Origin: Clostridia bacterium | GTDB lineage: Bacteria; Bacillota; Clostridia; TANB77; CAG-508 | Assembly: GCA_022790575.1 (NCBI GenBank) | Contig: JAAVXM010000025.1 | Location: 410 to 64,409 of the forward strand | DNA length: 64,000 nt | Direction of reading: 5' to 3' | Shown here: positions 1-9,055 of the stretch, in pieces | Layout: each line of letters begins with the position of its first letter | Position numbering within the stretch: position 1 is the stretch's first letter | Program-made: the position numbers and the translations under genes | Notes under the pieces: model-generated | Told to the model about the DNA's origin: nothing | Databases searched by the model: none | The model's input: only the letters and a program-made list of their open reading frames with translations

Positions 1-501
1 ATTAAAATTTAGAAGAAAAAAGATACTAGATAATGCAGGTCTATCATTAAATCCTAGTTTAATTAGATTATTTGTGTCTTCTAAGGACTGACCATATGGA
101 TTACTATATGATTTGCAATATGATGGAACAGCAGCATCTAATAAACATAATTTTCTAACTCCATATCCTTGATACATTTTCATATATCTTGTAACAATTG
201 CGCCACCCATTGAAAATCCCAATAAATCAAAGTTCCATAAATTTAATGCATATATAACATAATATAAATCTGTTGCAAATTGATTATAATTGTATCCAGC
301 ACTTGTCACATCTGAGTTTCCAAACCCTCTTAAATCCATAGTAATAATTCTATAATTATTCTTTAATAGAACTGGAATCTGATACTCAAACATTTTGTGT
401 GATAAAGGCCAACCATGAACTAATACAATTGTTTTTTCTCCATTTGGATTTAATTCATATACTGCTATTTTTGCATTATCATTTGAATTTATAAAAAACA
501 T
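1..501 (-). CDS. alpha/beta-fold hydrolase (N-terminal 167 codons; ORF runs off the left window edge)
   Basis: My own reverse translation of 1-501 gives an open frame MFFINSNDNAKIAVYELNPNGEKTIVLVHGWPLSHKMF...LLGFSMGGAIVTRY. It has an HGWP motif and a GFSMGG (GxSxG) nucleophile elbow. GGAGG sits at 510-514 (minus) upstream of the ATG. It is absent from the ORF track because there is no stop in the window. Confidence 0.7.
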   Translation of the reverse strand, partial: MFFINSNDNAKIAVYELNPNGEKTIVLVHGWPLSHKMFEYQIPVLLKNNYRIITMDLRGFGNSDVTSAGYNYNQFATDLYYVIYALNLWNFDLLGFSMGGAIVTRYMKMYQGYGVRKLCLLDAAVPSYCKSYSNPYGQSLEDTNNLIKLGFNDRPALSSIFFLLNFN

Positions 502-607
502 GATATTTTCCTCCTATAATTTAATCTTATTATAGTGTATTCAAAATTGTTGTATTGGTTATTGAATAAAAATCTTTTTAAGACATAAAATAATTAAGGA
601 GGAAATT

Positions 608-1138
608 ATGGATAACACTATAATGAAATATCAAATAATCAGTACAATTTTTGTATTTATAGTAGGAACTCTATTACATTTTACATATGAATTGCTTGGC
701 GAAAGCCAATTTGTAGCATCATTTTCAGCAGTAAATGAAAGTGTATGGGAACACTTAAAACTATTATTTTTTCCAATGTTACTAACTACTATAATTGGAT
801 ATTTTTATATTGGAAAAAACATATCTAATTTTTTGTGCTCAAATACAATAGGGATACTTATATCTATAACATTCATAATTGTGTTTTTTTACACATATAC
901 AGGAATAATAGGGAAAAGTATAGTTTTTATTGATATAGCATCATTTTATGTAGCAGTAATGTTAGGAGAATATGTAACATACAGACTTTTAACAAGTAAT
1001 TTTAGTTGTAATAATACAATAGCAATAATAGTTTTATCAATAGTACTAATTAGTTTTATTGTATTTACTTACTTTACGCCTAGATTGGGCATTTTTAAAG
1101 ACCCAATATCAGGACAGTATGGAATTATAAAACATTAA
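608..1138 (+). CDS. multi-pass membrane protein of unknown function
   Basis: 176-aa ORF with about 5-6 hydrophobic segments. AAGGAGG precedes the ATG. No catalytic motif recognised. Confidence 0.6.
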   Translation: MDNTIMKYQIISTIFVFIVGTLLHFTYELLGESQFVASFSAVNESVWEHLKLLFFPMLLTTIIGYFYIGKNISNFLCSNTIGILISITFIIVFFYTYTGIIGKSIVFIDIASFYVAVMLGEYVTYRLLTSNFSCNNTIAIIVLSIVLISFIVFTYFTPRLGIFKDPISGQYGIIKH

Positions 1139-1195
1139 TTAAAATGTTATATTTATAATAATTTGGGCAAAATACTCTCAAGGAGAGTATTTTTT

Positions 1196-2194
1196 ATGTT
1201 TAAGCCAGAAACAATTTATTATGAAAAAGATATTATTAATTATCCATTAGGAAAAGAACTAATGACAAAATATGAAGAAATTCCAAAAATCGAAATAGAA
1301 AATCACAACAATATTGAAGAAATGAGAAAGAAGTCAAATAAAGATTTTCCATATATGAAAAGAAACTTAATTATTGGAACAAGAAAAACACATAAATTTG
1401 TTCCAAACCATAAAACATCTGATTTTCTAGTCCCATATACATCTTCAGGTTGCACAGCATCATGTATGTATTGCTATCTTGTATGTAATTATAATAAATG
1501 TGCTTATTTACGTTTATTTGTGAATAGGGAGGAGATGTTAGAAAAAATAATAAGAACAGCAAATAAATCAGACAAAAAACTAGTGTTTGAGATTGGAAGC
1601 AATAGTGATTTGATTTTAGAAAACTCAATTACAGGGAATTTGAAGTGGACTATTGAAAATTTTAAGAATGTAGATAATGGATATTTAACTTTGCCAACAA
1701 AATTTGATATGGTAGATGATATTTTACCATTAAATCATAATGGTAAAGTTACAATACGTATAAGTGTAAACCCAAGTGAAATCATTAATAAGGTTGAGTT
1801 TGGAACATCAAGCTTATCTAATAGAATTCAGGCGATAAACAAATTAAAAGAAGCTGGTTATAATGTAGGAATTCTAATAGCACCTGTAATATTTGTAGAT
1901 AACTGGAAAGAACTCTATTTAGAACTGATTAAAAAACTGGATTCAGAGTTATCTGAAAAGGTAAAAAAAGAAGTTTTTTTTGAAATAATATTTATGACAT
2001 ATAGTTATATTCATTCTAAAATAAACGAGGAAGCTTTTCCAAATGCTATAAATTTACTAGACAAAGACAAAATGACAGGGAGAGGTAGGGGGAAGTATTG
2101 GTATAAAAATGATGTTAGAGAAGAAGGAAGGAAATTCTTTATAGAAAATATGAATAAATTTTTTCCGCATAATACAATTGAATATATTGTTTAA
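1196..2194 (+). CDS. splB: spore photoproduct lyase (radical SAM)
   Basis: CTASCMYC = CxxxCxxC radical-SAM cluster motif. Length and overall pattern are typical of SplB. I prefer the ATG at 1196 (AGGAGAG RBS) over the TTG at 1163 in the ORF track. Confidence 0.8.
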   Translation: MFKPETIYYEKDIINYPLGKELMTKYEEIPKIEIENHNNIEEMRKKSNKDFPYMKRNLIIGTRKTHKFVPNHKTSDFLVPYTSSGCTASCMYCYLVCNYNKCAYLRLFVNREEMLEKIIRTANKSDKKLVFEIGSNSDLILENSITGNLKWTIENFKNVDNGYLTLPTKFDMVDDILPLNHNGKVTIRISVNPSEIINKVEFGTSSLSNRIQAINKLKEAGYNVGILIAPVIFVDNWKELYLELIKKLDSELSEKVKKEVFFEIIFMTYSYIHSKINEEAFPNAINLLDKDKMTGRGRGKYWYKNDVREEGRKFFIENMNKFFPHNTIEYIV

Positions 2195-2204
2195 TATAAT
2201 GGTA

Positions 2205-2249
2205 CCCACATACTGTAATAACTATCATTCAACAGTATGTGGGATTTTT
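2205..2249 (+). terminator. intrinsic terminator after splB (overlaps the 3' end of the convergent recombinase gene)
   Basis: Perfect 12-bp arms cccacatactgt (2205-2216) and acagtatgtggg (2232-2243), followed by a T-run at 2245-2249. Confidence 0.6.
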
Positions 2250-3790
2250 GGATATATATGTAATTCGAAAGTTGTTGGGTCTGAATCACTTTTTATAGCT
2301 TTTTCGTTTTTTAAATAAATAATCTTATAAAAAACACTTTTTAATAAAATATTTTTATCTCCAGCTGTATTTAATTCATTATATAAATCAACAATGCTTT
2401 CTAACTTGAGAACAAATGATTTTCTATTATTTTTGATTTCTAAATTCTTCTGCAAAAGTAATTTGTATTGTTCTAATTCAAATTCCAAATTTTGAATATT
2501 ATCTTTTATAACTTTAGAACGATTAATAAACTCATCTTTACTATAAATATCATTTTCTAAAAAACTATATATTTTAGTAAGTTTGCTGTTCTCTTTTTGT
2601 ATCTCTTTTGTAGTTGTTATAATTGATTCTTCAATCACTTTATTATTGTCATAATCTAAATTTTCTTTGAAATTATAGTCTATTTTATAATCCTCTAGCC
2701 ATATTTTTAAAGCATCAATTATTTTTTCTTCTACAATATAAAGCTTAGAACTTATATTATTACATTTTGGATTAGAACATATTAATGTCGAAAATTTAGA
2801 TTGTTTTGTATATGGTCTTCTTTGCATTGGTTTACCACATTTGCCACAAAAGACTAAGCCTGCTAATGGATTTTGAATTATGTTATTACATTTTACTTTT
2901 GGAGTATTTTGTTTTCTTTTTTCTTGGACTAAGTTCCAAGTTTTATCATCAATAATTGATTCATGCAATCCATTGTAAATCAAATAATTAGAGTTACGAG
3001 GTCTACTGATAACAACATGACCATTTTGTGTTTTCTTTTTTTGCTTTCTTCTATTCCAAACAATTTTTCCAATATAAGTAGGATTTGAAAGGATATCTTT
3101 AACTGTAGAAATTGTCCATTCTTTTGAAATTCTGGGCTTTAAATTCATTTTATTTAGTCTTCTAACAATTGAACCAATTGTAGTATTCTCAAAAGCATAT
3201 AATCTAAAAATTTCTTTAACAATAGAGGCTTCATTTTGATTTATTGACAATGTATAACCTTTTGAGTCTGTTAGTTTTATTCTATTATAACCAAAGGGGG
3301 CAATGCTTCCAATGAATTTACCTTCAGAAACAGAAATTTCACGCCCTCTTTGTAGACGTCTATTTATTGTCTTGTATTCTCTTCTTGACATAAATAAGCC
3401 AAATTCAAAATATTCTTCGTCAAACTCATTATCAGGGTCATATGTTTTAACTGGTGTAATAATTTTGGTATGAGAGTATTTAAATGCTTTAGATACTATA
3501 CCTTGGTCACTGGTATCACCACGTGCAAGTCTTTCTACCTCAACAACTAAAACACCAGTCCATTTTTCATTTTCAACATCTTTGAGAAGTTTTTGCATTT
3601 CCTTTCTTTCACTAATAGTCTCGCCACTCACAACTTCTCTATAGATTTTTCCAATAATTAAGTTTTTCTTTTCAGCTAGATTGGTTAAGATTTTTTCATG
3701 TCTTGCTAGGGTTTCATTTTCGCCATATTTTTCGGCTTCAATATCTTCTCGCGATTTTCTTAGATATATTGCATATAAATCACTTTTCAC
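2225..3790 (-). CDS. large serine recombinase (resolvase/invertase N-domain + recombinase + zinc-ribbon/coiled-coil C-terminal region)
   Basis: N-terminus AIYLRKSREDIE...LVVEVERLARGD carries the catalytic Ser context. Later CGKCGKPM...C..PKC Cys pairs and a long coiled-coil tail follow. GTG start with an AAAGGAGAAG RBS. Confidence 0.9.
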   Translation of the reverse strand: MKSDLYAIYLRKSREDIEAEKYGENETLARHEKILTNLAEKKNLIIGKIYREVVSGETISERKEMQKLLKDVENEKWTGVLVVEVERLARGDTSDQGIVSKAFKYSHTKIITPVKTYDPDNEFDEEYFEFGLFMSRREYKTINRRLQRGREISVSEGKFIGSIAPFGYNRIKLTDSKGYTLSINQNEASIVKEIFRLYAFENTTIGSIVRRLNKMNLKPRISKEWTISTVKDILSNPTYIGKIVWNRRKQKKKTQNGHVVISRPRNSNYLIYNGLHESIIDDKTWNLVQEKRKQNTPKVKCNNIIQNPLAGLVFCGKCGKPMQRRPYTKQSKFSTLICSNPKCNNISSKLYIVEEKIIDALKIWLEDYKIDYNFKENLDYDNNKVIEESIITTTKEIQKENSKLTKIYSFLENDIYSKDEFINRSKVIKDNIQNLEFELEQYKLLLQKNLEIKNNRKSFVLKLESIVDLYNELNTAGDKNILLKSVFYKIIYLKNEKAIKSDSDPTTFELHIYPKIPHTVE

Positions 3791-3821
3791 AACTTCTCCT
3801 TTCTTTTATTGATATTCAAGT

Positions 3822-3959
3822 TTACACCATTATGGAGTTGTTTATTAAATTAACAATAACAGTATTTATATATTCTTTTTGAGTAGTTATATCTTCTACT
3901 ATACAATCATCATAAAACTTTATTTTTGTGTTTTCTAGAGTATGTTCTTCTAATACCAT
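3822..3959 (-). CDS. 45-aa hypothetical protein immediately upstream of the recombinase gene (possible accessory/directionality factor, speculative)
   Basis: My own translation: MVLEEHTLENTKIKFYDDCIVEDITTQKEYINTVIVNLINNSIMV. AGAGGTG RBS lies 8 nt upstream of the ATG. The ORF ends 31 nt before the recombinase start. It is too short for the supplied track. Confidence 0.3.
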   Translation of the reverse strand: MVLEEHTLENTKIKFYDDCIVEDITTQKEYINTVIVNLINNSIMV

Positions 3960-4032
3960 ATATTTCACCTCTTTAAAATCTATGAAAAAAATACTTAATT
4001 TATACTGTGTTTTCTGTATATAATGGGGCTTG

Positions 4033-4061
4033 TTGAAAAATCAAGTAAAATGTTATATAAT
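4033..4061 (+). promoter_or_regulatory. sigma-A type promoter for the helicase-nuclease gene
   Basis: TTGAAA (4033-4038), 17 nt spacer, TATAAT (4056-4061). Confidence 0.45.
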
Positions 4062-4148
4062 AAGAAAATCAAAAAATATAGAAAATAAAGAATAGGTTGA
4101 TATTCATACAATAGTAATTAATAAAAAATGAAGATAGGGATGTAAAAA

Positions 4149-6944
4149 ATGAGCGAAGATTGTACACTAATAATTATAAAAGGAGAAAATAAAACAGAAG
4201 AAGTAAAACAAATAGAATGGGATGGAGAGGAAAAAAAATACAAAATCAAATACTTAAACAGCAACAAAGTATATAAATACAAATATGAAGATGTTGATAT
4301 TCAAAAATTTATAGAAAACATTAATATAGGAGACAACATTTTATGTTACAAAGATAAAATGATTGGAAATGTAAAAAAGGCAATCAGATATCAAGATTCT
4401 GTGAAAGTTATATATACAGATGGTAGTAATTCTATATTTTATAATGGGTATGAGATAACAGTAAAGAAAAGTTCAAGCAAAAAAGATATTATAGAAAAAG
4501 ATATAATTGGTTATTATAAAGAGATTGCTAAATATGCCAAGATAAAAGATGAAAATAAAGCAAATTACAACTCAAATCGTACTTTTTTAGAAGAAGAGTA
4601 TAGTAAATTAAACTATGTACCAGCTGATAGCGTGTTAGAGTGCTTTTTAAATAAGAAAAAGTTGTCAAAGCCAGAAATAGAAAAAGAAAAAATAATATAT
4701 CCTTTTAGATTTAACCTAAGCCAAAAGGAAGCAATTAATAATGCATATAAAAGTAATATATCTATTATAGAAGGACCACCAGGAACTGGAAAAACACAAA
4801 CCATTTTAAATATAATTGCAAATTTAGCTATAATGCAAAACAAGACTGTTGCAGTAGTGTCAAATAATAATGAAGCGGTAAAAAATGTAAAAGACAAATT
4901 AAAACAAGGTGGATATGAATTTATAATTGCAGATTTAGGGAATAAAGATAAAAGAAAGAAATTCTTTGAAGAACTCCCTCATCCCCAAATTGGAGGATTT
5001 AGTCTAGATATTAAAGAAAGAGATAAATTAGAAAAACAAATAGGAAGGTTAAATCGTATATTAGACAGCTTATTACAAAAAAAGAATAGACAAGCACAAT
5101 TGGAGAAAGAAATCTATGAATATAAGTTAGAACAAGACTATTTTAATAAATATTATGAAAAACAAAATATTGCTGAAATCAATAAATTAAGTTTTTACAA
5201 CAAAACAGATGATAGAATTATACAGTTTTTGTTAGATACTCAAATGTGGATTGATAATAAAGTTCAATTTGAATGGATGTATAAAATAAAGCTATTACTA
5301 AAATATGGAATTAAAGATTTAAAAGAACTAGACAAAAATATAATAGAAAATATTTTATTATTGCAAAAAGAATTTTATGAGATAAAGATACAAAATTTAG
5401 AGCAAGAACTTAAAGGAATAAACCATACATTAGATAAACATAAATTTGAAGAACTACAAGAAAAGCATCAAATAGCTTCTGAAAAGCTATTTAAGAATAA
5501 AATTCATGATAGATATATACACCTAAATAATGGAGAATTTACATATAAAAACTATCAATATAAAATAAAGAAATTCTTAAAATCATATCCTATAGTATTA
5601 AGTACAACATATTCACTAAGAAACAGTATTCCTCATGACTATATTTTTGACTATGTAATAATAGATGAGTCATCACAAGTAGACTTAACAACAGGGGTAC
5701 TAGCAATTTCTTGTGCTAAAAATGCAATAATAGTAGGAGACACAAAACAACTTCCACAAATAGTTGACATGAAAATCCAAGAAAAAATATCTAATAGTGA
5801 TATAGAACCATGTTATGACTATTTTCAAAATAACATATTATCATCTTTCCTAAAAATTTATGGTGACAAAATACCAAGAAAAGTGCTTAGAGAACATTAT
5901 AGATGTCATCCTAAAATTATTGAATTTTGCAATAAGAGATACTATAATGGAGAATTAATTGCATTTGCAAATGATGAACATAATAGTATAAAAAAACCAT
6001 TAGTTATATATTACACAGTAAAAGGAAATCATTTAAGAAAACTTACTGAAGGAGATATTAAAGGAACATATAATGCAAGAGAACTTGAAGTAATAAAAAA
6101 AGAAGTATTAGTTGATGAGAGAGTAAAAAACTTTAAGAATGAAGAGATAGGGATAACAACTCCATACAGGCTACAAGCAGATTTAATGCAAAATGTTGAT
6201 GAAAATATACAGAGTGATACAATACATAAATTTCAAGGAAGAGAGAAGAAGCTGATGATATTATCAACCGTATTAGATAATAGTAAAAATGGTAAACAAG
6301 GACTTGGTTTTGTAGATGATGCCTGTATGGTAAATGTAGCTGTTTCTAGAGCAATTGACCAATTTGTCGTAGTGACAGATAATAAGTTATTTAATGAGTA
6401 TGGAAAAGAAATAAAATCATTGCTAAAGTATATTAAATACAATGAAATGGATTCTGAAATTATTGAAAGCCAAATAGTTTCTGTATTTGATTTATTATAT
6501 AAAGAGTACTCAAAAAAGCTAAATGGTTTATCTAAAAATTTGTTGCATAGAAGAAAATATAAAAGTGAAGATATAATGGATACAATTTTATATAATGAAT
6601 TTTTAAAGGAGGATTATAGGGATTATAAATATACAGGCGAGTACTTATTGAGAGAGTTATTGAAAGATGTAGATAATTTAAATGACAATGAAAGACAATA
6701 TATAAACAATAGAGCAAGTGTTGATTTTGTAATATTTAACAAGATGGATAATAAACCAGTTTTACTCATTGAAGTGGATGGTTTCCAATTTCATGCAAAT
6801 AAACCAGAACAACTTGTAAAAGATGAAATGAAAAACAATATTGCAAGAAAAAATAATATTAAGCTTTTAAGGTTTGAAACTGGTGGAAAAGCTTATGACC
6901 AAAATTATATTATTAATGAGATTAGAAATGCATTGTTTTTGTAA
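4149..6944 (+). CDS. SF1 (Upf1/DNA2-like, AAA_11/AAA_12-type) helicase with unknown N-terminal domain and C-terminal Vsr/DUF559-type PD-(D/E)xK nuclease domain
   Basis: Walker A GPPGTGKTQ, Walker B DYVIIDESSQ. Further helicase motifs: VGDTKQLPQ, REHYRCHPKIIEF, TIHKFQGREK, VAVSRA. C-terminus VDFVIFN...LLIEVDGFQFH resembles the DUF559/Vsr endonuclease core. Confidence 0.85.
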   Translation: MSEDCTLIIIKGENKTEEVKQIEWDGEEKKYKIKYLNSNKVYKYKYEDVDIQKFIENINIGDNILCYKDKMIGNVKKAIRYQDSVKVIYTDGSNSIFYNGYEITVKKSSSKKDIIEKDIIGYYKEIAKYAKIKDENKANYNSNRTFLEEEYSKLNYVPADSVLECFLNKKKLSKPEIEKEKIIYPFRFNLSQKEAINNAYKSNISIIEGPPGTGKTQTILNIIANLAIMQNKTVAVVSNNNEAVKNVKDKLKQGGYEFIIADLGNKDKRKKFFEELPHPQIGGFSLDIKERDKLEKQIGRLNRILDSLLQKKNRQAQLEKEIYEYKLEQDYFNKYYEKQNIAEINKLSFYNKTDDRIIQFLLDTQMWIDNKVQFEWMYKIKLLLKYGIKDLKELDKNIIENILLLQKEFYEIKIQNLEQELKGINHTLDKHKFEELQEKHQIASEKLFKNKIHDRYIHLNNGEFTYKNYQYKIKKFLKSYPIVLSTTYSLRNSIPHDYIFDYVIIDESSQVDLTTGVLAISCAKNAIIVGDTKQLPQIVDMKIQEKISNSDIEPCYDYFQNNILSSFLKIYGDKIPRKVLREHYRCHPKIIEFCNKRYYNGELIAFANDEHNSIKKPLVIYYTVKGNHLRKLTEGDIKGTYNARELEVIKKEVLVDERVKNFKNEEIGITTPYRLQADLMQNVDENIQSDTIHKFQGREKKLMILSTVLDNSKNGKQGLGFVDDACMVNVAVSRAIDQFVVVTDNKLFNEYGKEIKSLLKYIKYNEMDSEIIESQIVSVFDLLYKEYSKKLNGLSKNLLHRRKYKSEDIMDTILYNEFLKEDYRDYKYTGEYLLRELLKDVDNLNDNERQYINNRASVDFVIFNKMDNKPVLLIEVDGFQFHANKPEQLVKDEMKNNIARKNNIKLLRFETGGKAYDQNYIINEIRNALFL

Positions 6945-7007
6945 TTAACAAAATTTTAGAATGAAAAAATAATAAATGAGTTATTTGCAATAAAATAGCA
7001 CAATTAA

Positions 7008-7036
7008 TTGACTAACCTATATAATAATAGTATAAT
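7008..7036 (+). promoter_or_regulatory. sigma-A type promoter for the ATPase/RloB pair
   Basis: TTGACT (7008-7013), 17 nt spacer, TATAAT (7031-7036). Confidence 0.45.
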
Positions 7037-7082
7037 ATAAAGGAAAGTTGCAGATAATATGCAAGTAATAAGGAGGAATAAT

Positions 7083-8390
7083 ATGCTATTAGAATTTAAA
7101 ATGAAAAATTTTAAATCTTTTAAAGAAGAAATGGAATTTAAAATGATACCAACTACAATAAAAGATTTAGAATACAGCATAATAACAAGAAAGATTAAGG
7201 GGAAAGAAATAAAAGCATTATCTTCTGCAGTAATATATGGACCGAACTCATCTGGAAAGACCAATATAATTGGTGGAATGGCGGTTTTACGTTCTATAGT
7301 CTTAAATGGAAATATAAAAAATAAAGAAGACTCTAGTGAAACAAACATAGAATTAGATAAATTAGAATTAATACCAAATACTAAAAATAATGATAAAGAA
7401 CCAGTACTATTTGAAATTAAATTCATAACACAAGGAATATTAGTACGATTTAAACTATTAGTAGAATTAGGGAACTTTTTAGATGAAGATTATGACAGAA
7501 AAATAATAAATGAAGAATTATATATAGATAATGATATGGTTTATATAAGAAATGACAAATTAAAAATTGGAAAAATAGACAAGATTGAAAAATATATGAT
7601 TGAAAATTTTTCAGAAGAAGTTGCAGAAAAAATTGCAAATTCAAACCTAGACAAAAGTGAATTATTTCTTAATGGTATATTTAAAACTTTATATAGTAAA
7701 AAAATAGTTGATATCATTAATGAATGGTTTAAAAGCAAATTTAAAATCATCTATCATGCAAACCGATTAAATTATTATCCAATTATAAACACACAAAATA
7801 AAGCTAAAAAATATGCTGTAAATGAAAAACTGAATAAAGCATTAAATTGCTTAGGGTTAGAATCAGAAGAAATCGTTTATCCAATGAATACAGACAAAAA
7901 ACCAATACCTTTATCAGTAATTGATATAAGTAAAGAAAATAAAAAAGCTATAGTACCAGCAGAAGTATTTGAATCTTTTGGAACAATAAGATTTATAAAT
8001 ATGTTTCCAATCATATCAAGTGCAATTAACACTGGAGCAACTTTAGTTATTGATGAATTAGATGCCTCAATGCATCCTATGGTAATAATGAACATTATTA
8101 ATATTTTTCATAATGATGAAATTAATACAAAGGGTGCGCAATTGATTTTTAATACACACAATCCAATATTTCTAAATAATGCCTTATTTAGAAGAGATGA
8201 AATAAAGTTTGTTGACAAAGAAGAAAATAGTAGTATTCATTACTCATTATCAGATTTTGGAACAAATGGGTTAAATGGAGTTAGAAATACAGAAGACTAT
8301 ATGAAAAATTATTTTATTAATAAATATGGAGCAATTAGAAACATTGATTTTACTAATATCTTTATAAATGATAAGGAGAAGAATAAATGA
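7083..8390 (+). CDS. AAA_15/AAA_21-type ABC-like ATPase (AbiLi-like)
   Basis: N-terminus LLEFKMKNFKSFKEE, Walker A GPNSSGKTN, Walker B LVIDELDASMHP, then QLIFNTHNP. I prefer the ATG at 7083 (AGGAGG RBS) over 7059. The stop overlaps the next start (ATGA, 8387-8390). Confidence 0.8.
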   Translation: MLLEFKMKNFKSFKEEMEFKMIPTTIKDLEYSIITRKIKGKEIKALSSAVIYGPNSSGKTNIIGGMAVLRSIVLNGNIKNKEDSSETNIELDKLELIPNTKNNDKEPVLFEIKFITQGILVRFKLLVELGNFLDEDYDRKIINEELYIDNDMVYIRNDKLKIGKIDKIEKYMIENFSEEVAEKIANSNLDKSELFLNGIFKTLYSKKIVDIINEWFKSKFKIIYHANRLNYYPIINTQNKAKKYAVNEKLNKALNCLGLESEEIVYPMNTDKKPIPLSVIDISKENKKAIVPAEVFESFGTIRFINMFPIISSAINTGATLVIDELDASMHPMVIMNIINIFHNDEINTKGAQLIFNTHNPIFLNNALFRRDEIKFVDKEENSSIHYSLSDFGTNGLNGVRNTEDYMKNYFINKYGAIRNIDFTNIFINDKEKNK

Positions 8391-9055
8391 TAAAGAAAAT
8401 ATGCCAACAGTATTATTTTTCATTAGAGGGGGAAACTGAAAAGTGGTATTTTGAACACTTACAAAGATTAATAAATAACACAGATGAAATATCATTTAAA
8501 GTTAGTTTTGTTACACAGATAAATAAATCTATAATTAGCAGAGCAAAGTCAATACCTGCTATATATAAAAAAACAAAGGCATTTCATATATGTGATTATG
8601 AAAGTAACGAAGAAATTCATGTAAAACAGTTTAATAAAGTATTAGAAGAATTAAAAAATGTAAAAAAGATAAATAAAAATATTGAATATGAATTAGGATA
8701 TAGTAATTTTTCATTTGATTTATGGATTATCTTGCATAAAATTCAATATAATGGCTTCATAACTAATAGAAATCAATATATACATGGAATTAATAAAGCA
8801 TATAATGAAAAATTTGCATCTTTAGCAGAATATAAAGAGAAAGATAATTTCAAAAGGATACTATCAAAAATTAGTTTAGATGATGTAATTAGAGCAGTAA
8901 ATAATGGAAATAGAATTAGAAAAATGAACGAACAAAATTCAAAGGATAATTATAGAAAATATGGACAATTTGAATATTACATAGAAAATCCTGATTTAAC
9001 CATAAACAAATGTGTAGAGAAGATACTAAAAGAGTGTGGTGTAATAGTAAATTAA
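8387..9055 (+). CDS. RloB-like (Toprim-related) protein, AbiLii-like partner of the ATPase
   Basis: N-terminal FSLEGETEKWYF matches the RloB CEGxxTExxYF-type motif. It is translationally coupled to the ATPase by a 4-nt overlap. Confidence 0.7.
   Translation: MIKKICQQYYFSLEGETEKWYFEHLQRLINNTDEISFKVSFVTQINKSIISRAKSIPAIYKKTKAFHICDYESNEEIHVKQFNKVLEELKNVKKINKNIEYELGYSNFSFDLWIILHKIQYNGFITNRNQYIHGINKAYNEKFASLAEYKEKDNFKRILSKISLDDVIRAVNNGNRIRKMNEQNSKDNYRKYGQFEYYIENPDLTINKCVEKILKECGVIVN

Larger units (their letters stand above)
2225..9055. mobile_element. putative integrated island: serine recombinase plus defence-type cargo (helicase-nuclease, AbiL-like pair); exact ends unresolved
   Basis: The recombinase sits at the left end and the cargo genes have their own consensus promoters. 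The right end coincides with the truncation point of a cotJC-like gene at about 9056-9065. No convincing flanking repeats were found by eye. Confidence 0.45.
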
